NCBI GenBank assembly: GCA_035632415.1
Contig: DASQGW010000153.1
Coordinates: 4,821-68,820 of the forward strand
Origin: Burkholderiales bacterium
GTDB taxonomy: Bacteria > Pseudomonadota > Gammaproteobacteria > Burkholderiales > SG8-39
Reading direction: 5' to 3'
DNA length: 64,000 nt
Shown in pieces: positions 10,091-20,237 of the stretch. The position numbers and the translations under genes were made by a program. Every line of letters begins with the position of its first letter. Position 1 is the stretch's first letter. Below the pieces are notes generated by a model. That model had not been told where the DNA came from, made no database searches, and was given only the letters and a program-made list of their open reading frames with translations.

Positions 10091-11311
10091 CTAGTTAATG
10101 GCCTGCGCCGCCCGGATGCCGGAGCGCACGGCCGCTTCGAGCGTCGGAGGATATTCGCGATCCGTGTAATCGCCCGCAAAAGACACACCGTCCGCGGCGG
10201 CCGGCAGGGGCTTTGCGCCGGGCGAGCAAGTGATCGTGGCGCGCTTCTCGGCGATGACTCGCGACCATGCCGGTTTGTCTTGCACGATATGCGCCGCAAC
10301 GAGCTCGCGGTGACAACGCTCGGCGAGCTCATCGAGCGAGAGCTGCTGGTGGTCGCCCTGCGCGCTGATCACGCAGGCGAGGCGGCCTTTCTCTCCGAGC
10401 AGCCGCCCGCGATCGAACACCCACTGCACCAGCCCATCGGCGAGGCCGATCATCGGCAGCGGCAGGCCGACGCGCTCGCCATATTGGAGATAGCAGGTAT
10501 AGATCGGCTGGTACGAGTACTCGGGCGCCTCCGCCAGGACGGCCTTCAGCTGGTGCGGCCCGACGGCGACGATCACGCGATCGAAGGACTGGCGCAACGC
10601 ACCGAGATCCTTGACCGGCGTCTGCAATCGGATTTCCCCGCCATGCGAGCGCACGTATTCGACAGCCGGCTCGGGAAACAGGCGCGACAGATCGACGCGC
10701 GGCAGCAGGAGATCGCTCGCCTGGGATTCGCCGCCGAGCGTGTCCCGCAGCACCGCGAGGAAAACGTTGGCGGAGGCGAGCTCGGGCGGCGTGTTGAGCG
10801 CGGAAATGCAGAGCGGCAGCCAAAGGTAGTGCGCGATGCGCCCGTTTTGCCGATGGCGTGCCAGCAGCTCCGTCACCGCCATGTCGGCGGCGAGATGGAA
10901 CTTGGCCTGGCGAAGATGCGCGATGAACCTCGCAGCGCCGAGGCGCTCGGCGAATGAGATGCCGCGCGCCATGAGCAGTCCGCCCGCGAGTCCGAAGGGC
11001 TGGGGGAGCCAGAGCCGCCGGAAGTAGAAGCTCGTCGCGTAGCGGATCTCGAGCGGCATGCGCAGCAGCGCGTTGTCCGGCACGCCGACGCCACGCATCA
11101 GGCGAAAAAGCTCGGTGTACGCGCCGATCAGGATGTGCTGGCCGTTGTCGAGCTCGTTGCCCTGCGACTGGATCCGTCGTGCGCGCCCGCCGGGAACCGG
11201 GCCGGATTCGAAAACGGTGGCGCGAATGCCGCGCTCGGCGAGCGTGACGGCGGCCGCCATGCCGGCATAGCCGGCACCCACGATCGCTATGCCGCGACCC
11301 AGGTCCGCCAT
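10091..11311 (-). CDS. hpnE: hydroxysqualene dehydroxylase HpnE (FAD-dependent desaturase)
   Basis: 406 aa; dinucleotide fold IAIVGAGYAGMAAA; amine-oxidase-like C-terminus FAGDYTDREYPPTLEAAVRSG; sits downstream of hpnC-hpnD and overlaps hpnD by 25 nt. Confidence 0.85.
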   Translation of the reverse strand: MADLGRGIAIVGAGYAGMAAAVTLAERGIRATVFESGPVPGGRARRIQSQGNELDNGQHILIGAYTELFRLMRGVGVPDNALLRMPLEIRYATSFYFRRLWLPQPFGLAGGLLMARGISFAERLGAARFIAHLRQAKFHLAADMAVTELLARHRQNGRIAHYLWLPLCISALNTPPELASANVFLAVLRDTLGGESQASDLLLPRVDLSRLFPEPAVEYVRSHGGEIRLQTPVKDLGALRQSFDRVIVAVGPHQLKAVLAEAPEYSYQPIYTCYLQYGERVGLPLPMIGLADGLVQWVFDRGRLLGEKGRLACVISAQGDHQQLSLDELAERCHRELVAAHIVQDKPAWSRVIAEKRATITCSPGAKPLPAAADGVSFAGDYTDREYPPTLEAAVRSGIRAAQAIN

Positions 11312-12120
11312 GCGATCCAGAACTTGCGAAGTGGAGTGAGCGAAGTGCGCCGCGTGAGGACCTGGAAGCCTTCGCGCTGGATCTCGTCGAGCAGCGTGCG
11401 ATAGATCGCCGCCATGATGAGGCCGGGACGCTGCGCGCGGCGGTCCTCGGCCGGCAGCACCGACATCGCCTTTTGGTAATAGCGGCGCGCACGCTCGGCC
11501 TGGAATGCCATGAGCGCGCGGAAAGCGGGCGTTTCTCTGGACTGGAGCACGTCCGCGGCCGGGACCCCAAAGCGCTGCAAATCTTCCACCGGCAGATACA
11601 CGCGGTTCTTGCGCGCATCCTCGCCGACATCACGGATGATGTTGGTGAGCTGGAAGGCGATGCCGAGGTTCTTGGCGTATTCCAAGGTGCGCTCGTCGCG
11701 GTAGCCGAAGATGCCCGCGGCGAGCAGGCCCACCACGCTTGCCACGTGATAGCAATAGCGCTCGAGCCCGGTCCAGTCGAGGTAACGCGTCTGGCGCAGA
11801 TCCATCTCCATGCCGTCGATGATCTCGTTCAAACGCTGGGCCGTGATGCCGAACGACTTGAGATGAGGTTCGAGCGCGCGCGTCACGGGGTGCTGCGCCC
11901 TGCCGGCGAATAGATTCGCCACCTCGCCGCGCCACCAGACGAGCTTCGCTGCGGCCACTTGCGGATCCAGCCCTTCGTCGACGACGTCATCCACTTCGCG
12001 ACAGAACGCGTACAGCGCAGTGATCGCGCGGCGCCGCTCGGCAGGAAGGAAGAGGAAGGAGTAGTAGAAGCTCGAGCCGCTCGAGACGGCCTTCTGCCGG
12101 CAGTACTCGTCTGGCGACAT
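11287..12120 (-). CDS. hpnD: presqualene diphosphate synthase HpnD
   Basis: Squalene/phytoene synthase fold; Asp-rich motifs FCREVDDVVDE and NIIRDVGEDA. I use the ATG at 12120 (MSPDEYCRQ), because the track ORF extension to 12198 runs into the palindromic repeat. Confidence 0.85.
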   Translation of the reverse strand: MSPDEYCRQKAVSSGSSFYYSFLFLPAERRRAITALYAFCREVDDVVDEGLDPQVAAAKLVWWRGEVANLFAGRAQHPVTRALEPHLKSFGITAQRLNEIIDGMEMDLRQTRYLDWTGLERYCYHVASVVGLLAAGIFGYRDERTLEYAKNLGIAFQLTNIIRDVGEDARKNRVYLPVEDLQRFGVPAADVLQSRETPAFRALMAFQAERARRYYQKAMSVLPAEDRRAQRPGLIMAAIYRTLLDEIQREGFQVLTRRTSLTPLRKFWIAWRTWVAA

Positions 12121-12133
12121 ATCAGCCGGGATC

Positions 12134-12258
12134 TTGACTCGCCCCCCTGACAAGGGGGGAAGCGAGCAGTTGGCGAGCGGGGGGGGTTGCTTTTCCATTT
12201 CTGAAAACCAACCCCCCGTTCGCTTCGCTCACGCCCCCCTTGTCAGGGGGGCAGCAGA
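12134..12258. repeat. nested-palindrome intercistronic element, copy 1 (REP/MITE-like)
   Basis: Terminal hairpins CCCCCCTGACAAGGGGGG (12142-12159) and its exact reverse complement CCCCCCTTGTCAGGGGGG (12234-12251). Inner imperfect inverted repeat GGCGAGCGGGGGG / CCCCCCGTTCGCTTCGC around a central GAAAAC. A second copy lies at 58614-58720. Confidence 0.8.
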
Positions 12259-12267
12259 AATAAATTT

Positions 12268-13071
12268 TCATACCGCGCGGGCGAGAACGAGCGGCCAGTC
12301 GAAGCCGCGCAGCACCGGGCGCCGGCGAAACACATCGTAATTTGCCCGCTCGATCTTCTCGAGAATGCGCAGCCCGCCCTGGATGGTGGCGCGGATCTCG
12401 AGCCCCATGCGTCCGGGCAGCGAGCGAGCCATCGGCTTGCCGCGCAAAATCATGTCGCGGCTGCGCTGCACCTGGAAGGCGAGAAGCGATCGCCAGGCAT
12501 CGTCGCAACGCTGCTCGGCGATGTGCCGCTCGCTCACGCCGTGGCGAGCCATCTCGTCTTGCGGCAGGTAGATGCGGCCCTTGGCGAAATCGAGCTCGAC
12601 GTCCTGCCAGAAGTTGATGAGCTGCAGCGCCGTGCAAACGGCATCGGACCCGGCGAGATCGATTTCAGACGTTCGTTTGAAAAGATGCAGGAGCAGCCGC
12701 CCGACAGGGTTCGCCGAACGCCGGCAGTAGTCCGACAGCTCTGCGAAGTCGGCATAGCGTTTCCTCGCCACGTCCTGCGAGAAGGCGCTGACCAGGTCCG
12801 AGAAGAGCTCGAGCGGCAAGCGATGCTCGCGCACGATGCTTGCCACGTCGGCGAAGAGCGCCTGCGCCGGGGTGCCGCCTGCCGCAATCTGGTCGAGCGC
12901 GCGTTGATAGACGCTTAATTTGGCAAGCCTTACATCATCGGCATCGGATCCTTCGTCGGCGATGTCGTCGGCGCTGCGCGCAAAGCGGTAGATGACCTCG
13001 ATAGGGGCGCGCAAGCGCTTCGGAAGGAGCAGCGAGGCGACCGGAAAATTTTCGTAATGGCTGACGGGCAT
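12268..13071 (-). CDS. hpnC: hydroxysqualene synthase HpnC
   Basis: 267 aa; HYENFPVAS N-terminus; Asp-rich motifs ARSADDIADE and NFWQDVELD; first gene of the hpnCDE order. Confidence 0.88.
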   Translation of the reverse strand: MPVSHYENFPVASLLLPKRLRAPIEVIYRFARSADDIADEGSDADDVRLAKLSVYQRALDQIAAGGTPAQALFADVASIVREHRLPLELFSDLVSAFSQDVARKRYADFAELSDYCRRSANPVGRLLLHLFKRTSEIDLAGSDAVCTALQLINFWQDVELDFAKGRIYLPQDEMARHGVSERHIAEQRCDDAWRSLLAFQVQRSRDMILRGKPMARSLPGRMGLEIRATIQGGLRILEKIERANYDVFRRRPVLRGFDWPLVLARAV

Positions 13072-13134
13072 CAGCTCGAGAATTCATATGGACGGCGAAG
13101 GTATAATACGTTGTTTTTATCTGCTTTTTCGGCG

Positions 13135-13219
13135 GCGAGGGTGGCGGAATTGGTAGACGCACCAGCCTTAGGAGCTGGCGCCGCGAGGCATGTGGGTTCG
13201 AGTCCCTCCCTTCGCACCA
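13135..13219 (+). tRNA. tRNA-Leu (anticodon UAG)
   Basis: Hand-folded cloverleaf. Acceptor GCGAGGG/CCTTCGC (one G-U pair), anticodon arm CCAGC-CTTAGGA-GCTGG, long variable arm GCC-GCGA-GGC, T-loop TTCGAGT (one U-U mismatch in the T stem), encoded CCA. Confidence 0.88.
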
Positions 13220-13236
13220 AGGATGACTAAAAAGGA

Positions 13237-14538
13237 ATGGCAAACGTGGAAACGCTAGAAGGGCTCGAGCGGCGCGTGTCGGTGACGCTGCCGGCCGCCG
13301 ACATCGAGCGCCAGATCGACACGCGGCTGAAGCAGCTCGCGCGCAACATCAAGATGCCCGGCTTCCGGCCCGGAAAAGTGCCGATGAAGCTCGTCGCGCA
13401 GACCTACGGGCCGCAGGTGCGCTCCGAAGTGCTGAGCGATGCCGTGCAGAAATCCTTCAACGATGCAGTGAAGGAGGCGAACCTCAAGGTTGCCGGCTTC
13501 CCGCGCATCGAAAAGAAAGACGGCACGGACACCGCGTCCCTGGAGTTCAGCGCGACGTTCGAGGTCTATCCCGAGGTAAAGGTTGGCGATCTCGCGAGCG
13601 CGACGGTGGAGCGCCCGCAGGTCGCGGTGGATGACGCGGCGGTCGACAAGACGATCGACATCCTGCGCAAGCAGCGCACGCATTTTGTTGCGGTCGAGCG
13701 CGCGGCGAAGGACGGCGATCGCCTAACCGTCGACTTCGAAGGCACGATCGACGGGCAGCCGTTCCAGGGCGGCAAAGCCGAGAATTTCGTCTTCGGCATC
13801 GGCGACGGCCGCATGCTGCCCGAGTTCAACGCCGCGGCGACCGGCATGTCGAGCGGCGAATCGAAGACCTTCGAGCTCACGTTTCCGGCCGACTATCACG
13901 GCAAGGAAGTGGCGGGAAAGAAGGCCGCCTTCACCCTGACCGCAAGGAAGATCGAGGAGCCGCGGCTGCCCGAGCTCGACGCCGATTTCGCGAGGACGCT
14001 GGGCGTGACCGATGGCGACCTAGACAAGATGCGCCAGGAGATTCGCGCGAATGTCGAGCGCGAGACGGCCAAGCGAGTGGAGGCGCGCGTGAAGGCGCAG
14101 GTGTTGCAGACGCTGCTCGACGCTACGCCCATCGAGCTGCCGAAATCGCTCATCCAGATGGAAGCGCAGAGCCTCGTCGAGCGCGCGAGCGCGGACCTGC
14201 AGGCACGGGGCCTCAAGCCGGGACAGGTGCCGCTCGATCCGGCGGCGTTTGAAGCGACGGCGAAGCGCCGCGTCGCGCTCGGCCTCATCATCGGAGAGCT
14301 CGCGCGCACCGAAAACCTCCAGCCCAAGCCCGCGGAAGTGCGCGCAGTAGTCGAGCAGGAGGCGCAAACCTATGAGAGTCCGGCCGAGGTAGTAAAATGG
14401 TTTTACATGCAGCCGCAACGGCTCTCGGAAATGGAAGGCGTCGCGCTGGAAGCCAACGTTGTTAAATGGGTCTTGTCGAAGGTGAAGGTGGAAGACAAGC
14501 CGATGCCGTTCGATGATCTGATGGGAGCCAGCGTATGA
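13237..14538 (+). CDS. tig: trigger factor
   Basis: 433 aa; N-terminal ribosome-binding motif GFRPGKVP; FKBP-type middle domain; tig-clpP-clpX-lon synteny. Confidence 0.95.
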   Translation: MANVETLEGLERRVSVTLPAADIERQIDTRLKQLARNIKMPGFRPGKVPMKLVAQTYGPQVRSEVLSDAVQKSFNDAVKEANLKVAGFPRIEKKDGTDTASLEFSATFEVYPEVKVGDLASATVERPQVAVDDAAVDKTIDILRKQRTHFVAVERAAKDGDRLTVDFEGTIDGQPFQGGKAENFVFGIGDGRMLPEFNAAATGMSSGESKTFELTFPADYHGKEVAGKKAAFTLTARKIEEPRLPELDADFARTLGVTDGDLDKMRQEIRANVERETAKRVEARVKAQVLQTLLDATPIELPKSLIQMEAQSLVERASADLQARGLKPGQVPLDPAAFEATAKRRVALGLIIGELARTENLQPKPAEVRAVVEQEAQTYESPAEVVKWFYMQPQRLSEMEGVALEANVVKWVLSKVKVEDKPMPFDDLMGASV

Positions 14539-15149
14539 GCAGATGGGAGCCGCAAGGCCTGGGGTTGATCCCCATGGTCATCGAGCAGTCGGGGCGGGGC
14601 GAACGCGCCTACGACATCTATTCCCGGCTGCTCAAGGAGCGCGTGGTATTTCTCGTCGGCCCGGTGACCGAGGTCACGGCCAACCTGATCGTGGCGCAGC
14701 TCCTTTTCCTCGAGTCCGAGAACCCTGACAAGGACATCTTCTTCTACATCAATTCACCCGGCGGCTCGGTGTCCGCGGGCCTCGCGATCTACGACACCAT
14801 GCAGTTCATCAAGCCCGACGTGAGCACGCTCTGCGTGGGGCAGGCGGCCAGCATGGGCGCGCTGCTGCTTGCGGCCGGCGACAAGGACAAGCGCTTCTGC
14901 CTGCCCAACTCGCGGGTCATGATCCACCAGCCCATGGGCGGCTTCCAGGGCCAGGCCACGGACATCGAGATCCATGCCAAGGAGATCCTCTACCTGCGCG
15001 GCCGGCTGAATGAAATTCTTGCAAAGCACACCGGCAAGTCGATCGACCTGATTGCCAGGGATACCGAGCGCGACTTTTTCATGGGTGCGCAAGACGCGGT
15101 AAAGTACGGGATAGCGGACAAGGTCCTGGTCAGCCGGGACAACGTCTAA
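14535..15149 (+). CDS. clpP: ATP-dependent Clp protease proteolytic subunit
   Basis: 204 aa; catalytic Ser context [11 protein letters not shown] and MIHQP; 4-nt overlap with tig. Confidence 0.96.
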   Translation: MSRWEPQGLGLIPMVIEQSGRGERAYDIYSRLLKERVVFLVGPVTEVTANLIVAQLLFLESENPDKDIFFYINSPGGSVSAGLAIYDTMQFIKPDVSTLCVGQAASMGALLLAAGDKDKRFCLPNSRVMIHQPMGGFQGQATDIEIHAKEILYLRGRLNEILAKHTGKSIDLIARDTERDFFMGAQDAVKYGIADKVLVSRDNV

Positions 15150-15170
15150 AACGGCAGGGAGAACGTGTAA

Positions 15171-16445
15171 GTGTCGGAAAAGAGCTCGTCAGGGGAAAAG
15201 CTTCTTTACTGCTCCTTCTGCGGCAAGAGCCAGCACGAAGTCCGCAAGCTCATTGCCGGCCCCTCGGTTTTCATCTGCGACGAATGCATCGAGCTCTGCA
15301 ACGACATCATCCGCGAGGAGACGGCCTCCGATAAGGGCGGCAAGGGCGCGAAATCCGACCTGCCGACGCCGCGCGAGATCCGCCAGATCCTCGACTCCTA
15401 TGTGATCGGGCAGGACACGGCGAAGAAGATCCTCTCCGTCGCCGTCTACAACCACTACAAGCGGTTGAAGCACCTGTCGAAGAACGACGAGGTCGAGCTC
15501 GCCAAGTCGAACATCCTGCTGATCGGCCCCACGGGCTCGGGCAAGACGCTGCTCGCGCAGACGCTCGCGCGGCTGTTGAATGTCCCGTTCGTGATCGCGG
15601 ACGCAACCACGCTCACCGAAGCGGGCTACGTGGGTGAAGACGTCGAGAACATCATCCAGAAGCTCTTGCAGAACTGCGACTACGACGTCGACAAGGCGAA
15701 GCGCGGCATCGTCTACATCGATGAAATCGACAAGATCTCGCGCAAGTCGGACAACCCCTCGATCACCCGCGACGTGTCGGGCGAGGGCGTCCAGCAGGCG
15801 CTGCTCAAGCTCGTGGAGGGCACCATCGCCTCCGTGCCGCCCCAGGGCGGGCGCAAGCATCCCAATCAGGATTTTGTGCAGGTCGACACGACCAACATCC
15901 TGTTCATCTGCGGCGGTGCGTTCGACGGGCTCGAGAAGATTGTCCGCAACCGGACCGAGAAAACCGGCATCGGCTTCGGCGCCGAAGTGAAAAGCCCCAA
16001 GAACTCCAAGGCTACTTACGACCTCCTGAAGGCCGTGGAGCCCGAAGACCTGATCAAGTACGGGCTCATTCCGGAGTTCGTCGGCCGCCTGCCGGTGGTC
16101 GCGGCGCTCGAAGAGCTCGACGAGCACGCGCTGATCCAGATCCTCACGGAGCCGAAGAACGCGCTCATCAAGCAGTACCAGCGCCTTTTCCACATGGAAG
16201 GCGTGGAACTCGAGATCCGCACCGGCGCCCTTGGCGCCGTGGCGAAAAAGGCCCTCGCGCGCAAGACGGGCGCGCGTGGCCTGCGCTCGATCCTGGAGCA
16301 GGTCCTGCTCGACACGATGTACGAACTACCGACCCTGGAGAATGTCAGCAAGGTGGTGGTCGACGAGCAGATGATCTCCGCGGACGGCAAGCCCCTCCTC
16401 ATCTACTCCGACAGTCACAAAGTTGCCGGCGGAAGCTCCGCATAG
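15171..16445 (+). CDS. clpX: ATP-dependent Clp protease ATP-binding subunit ClpX
   Basis: GTG start; zinc-binding domain CSFCGK...CDEC; Walker A GPTGSGKT; IGFG loop. Confidence 0.96.
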   Translation: MSEKSSSGEKLLYCSFCGKSQHEVRKLIAGPSVFICDECIELCNDIIREETASDKGGKGAKSDLPTPREIRQILDSYVIGQDTAKKILSVAVYNHYKRLKHLSKNDEVELAKSNILLIGPTGSGKTLLAQTLARLLNVPFVIADATTLTEAGYVGEDVENIIQKLLQNCDYDVDKAKRGIVYIDEIDKISRKSDNPSITRDVSGEGVQQALLKLVEGTIASVPPQGGRKHPNQDFVQVDTTNILFICGGAFDGLEKIVRNRTEKTGIGFGAEVKSPKNSKATYDLLKAVEPEDLIKYGLIPEFVGRLPVVAALEELDEHALIQILTEPKNALIKQYQRLFHMEGVELEIRTGALGAVAKKALARKTGARGLRSILEQVLLDTMYELPTLENVSKVVVDEQMISADGKPLLIYSDSHKVAGGSSA

Positions 16446-16592
16446 CGGCGCTGTTAGCCGGGCAGCACTACATTTCGTCACCCTTTCCGCATTGCAGCGT
16501 AAGCGCCGTGCGTGTAGGCTTGGCTCATTGATTTTTCTGGGGGAAGGCCGCACTTGCGATGCTGCCCAAACCCCTTGACGAGGCTAATTTAA

Positions 16593-19023
<2,431 letters not shown>

Positions 19024-19028
<5 letters not shown>

Positions 19029-19296
19029 TAAGGCCGACTTAATCGAGCAGATCGCTCAGGCGGCGGAGATCTCCAAGTCCGCCGCCGAGCGCTCGGTCGA
19101 TGCGCTGGTCAACGCAGTGAAGACGAGCCTGCGCAAAGGCGAGGAAGTGACGCTGGTCGGCTTCGGCACCTTCTATGCCGGCGCGCGCGCCGCGCGCACT
19201 GGGCGCAATCCGCGCACCGGAGAGGCAGTGGAGATCAAAGCAGCGAAGCTGCCCAAGTTTCGCGCTGGTAAGGCCCTGAAGGACGCGATAAACTAG
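19024..19296 (+). CDS. hupB: DNA-binding protein HU-beta; apparent ATT start, no canonical initiator
   Basis: Own translation: (I/M)[89 protein letters not shown], a full-length HU. Missing from the ORF track because there is no in-frame ATG/GTG/TTG between the in-frame TGA at 18901 and the ATT at 19024. Overlaps the lon stop (19026-19028). Confidence 0.8.
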
Positions 19297-19340
19297 CGCC
19301 CCTTTTTTCTTGCGAGCGAAGAAGCTCGCTAAGAAGCTAG

Positions 19341-19415
19341 GGGTGCTTAGCTCAGCGGTAGAGCGTCGCCCTTACAAGGCGAATGTCGTAGGTTCGACCC
19401 CTACAGCACCCACCA
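19341..19415 (+). tRNA. tRNA-Val (anticodon UAC)
   Basis: Hand-folded. Acceptor GGGTGCT/AGCACCC, D stem GCTC/GAGC, anticodon arm TCGCC-CTTACAA-GGCGA, T arm GTAGG-TTCGACC-CCTAC, encoded CCA. Confidence 0.92.
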
Positions 19416-19435
19416 GTTGAAGTCGCAGCAGAGAA

Positions 19436-19512
19436 GGAGCGGTAGTTCAGTTGGTTAGAATACCGGCCTGTCACGCCGGGGGTCGCGGGTTCGAGTCCCG
19501 TCCGCTCCGCCA
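19436..19512 (+). tRNA. tRNA-Asp (anticodon GUC)
   Basis: Hand-folded. Acceptor GGAGCGG/CCGCTCC, anticodon arm CCGGC-CTGTCAC-GCCGG, T loop TTCGAGT, encoded CCA. Confidence 0.92.
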
Positions 19513-19545
19513 GATCCAACGCTCACGAAGAAGAAAACGGGAGAG

Positions 19546-20217
19546 ATGGGCATGCGATACGGGCTGTGGATCATCATCGCCGCGGTCCTTGCCCCGGCGG
19601 CTTCGCTAGCTCAGCCCAAATGGGGCGGCGACGCGCCTGCCGCAGTCCCGGCACCTTCCGCCCCATCGAAGCCGGCGCCCGCGGCGGGCAATCGGCCACC
19701 GCCTCCGCCGCCCGCCACGAGCTCCTCGCCGAGTTCGAGCGCCACCACGCCGCCGCCGCGTCCGCCGGGAATGGGCTTGCAGGCGATCGACCCGCTGGCC
19801 ACCGGGTATTCTTTCCGCGGCATCGATATGACTCACGAGATGCGGAACGTCTCGCTTTACGTCGGAGACCAAACCACAATTTGGATGCATCAGGACGTGG
19901 GACTTGTCTCCATCAGGATCAGGAGCAAGCCCTATACGGGAGCGCTGCCCAAGGGTGCCTATACGGTCGGCGTCGAGGTGAGCACCGTCGGATGCAACGC
20001 GGATGCGAAGGAAGCCATCGAGATCTCGTTCATTGCCGCCGGAGGCAGCTCGGTCGTGCAGTCCTGCCCTGTCGCGACGGGTATCCAGCGCTGCATTGGC
20101 TTCAGTACGGGCGTCACGGGCGCAGATACTCGGCTATTCGAGATCAAGGTCAAGCCCGGCAGCAGGCAGTGTCCCGCTCCCGAGCTCAAGAAGATCCTGA
20201 TGGACGTGCCGGTCTAA
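19546..20217 (+). CDS. hypothetical secreted protein: signal peptide + Pro/Ser-rich linker + 4-Cys C-terminal domain
   Basis: Track ORF, 223 aa. N-terminal signal LWIIIAAVLAPAASLAQP; PAPSAPSKPAPAAGNRPPPPPPATSSSPSSSATTPPPRPP linker; ~140 aa C-terminal domain with 4 Cys. GGGAGAG Shine-Dalgarno upstream. No family recognised. Confidence 0.6.
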   Translation: MGMRYGLWIIIAAVLAPAASLAQPKWGGDAPAAVPAPSAPSKPAPAAGNRPPPPPPATSSSPSSSATTPPPRPPGMGLQAIDPLATGYSFRGIDMTHEMRNVSLYVGDQTTIWMHQDVGLVSIRIRSKPYTGALPKGAYTVGVEVSTVGCNADAKEAIEISFIAAGGSSVVQSCPVATGIQRCIGFSTGVTGADTRLFEIKVKPGSRQCPAPELKKILMDVPV

Positions 20218-20237
20218 CTCCTAGCGGAGCGTTTCGC

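Noticed and set aside
12122-12340. Small ORFs translating to ...PPDKGG...PLVRG... on both strands here and at 58608-58760
   Set aside because: They are mirror-image by-products of the GC-rich palindromic element (both strands give near-identical peptides), not coding sequence.
13074-13090. CTCGAGAATTCATATG: XhoI, EcoRI and NdeI sites packed into 16 nt just upstream of hpnC, resembling a cloning polylinker
   Set aside because: It lies in a short AT-rich promoter-type spacer where palindromic hexamers arise easily. There is no vector-like sequence, scar or discontinuity in the flanks (hpnC on one side, tRNA-Leu on the other). Treated as coincidence, though worth a glance if the assembly history is unknown.
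13102-13107. TATAAT hexamer 28 nt upstream of tRNA-Leu as the tRNA-Leu/tig promoter
   Set aside because: Plausible, but I could not find a matching -35 at 16-18 bp spacing. Not reported as a feature.
16553-16578. Sigma-32-like heat-shock promoter upstream of lon (CTTGCGA-N11-CCCCTTGA)
   Set aside because: The spacer is shorter than the 13-15 nt I expect, the -10 diverges from CCCCATNT, and it would leave only a ~10-nt leader. Too weak to call without transcription start data.
19297-19340. T-run plus GCGAGC-gaagaa-GCTCGC hairpin after hupB as a terminator
   Set aside because: The T-run precedes rather than follows the hairpin on the plus strand, and the minus-strand reading gives an A-run. 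It does not fit an intrinsic terminator in either direction.
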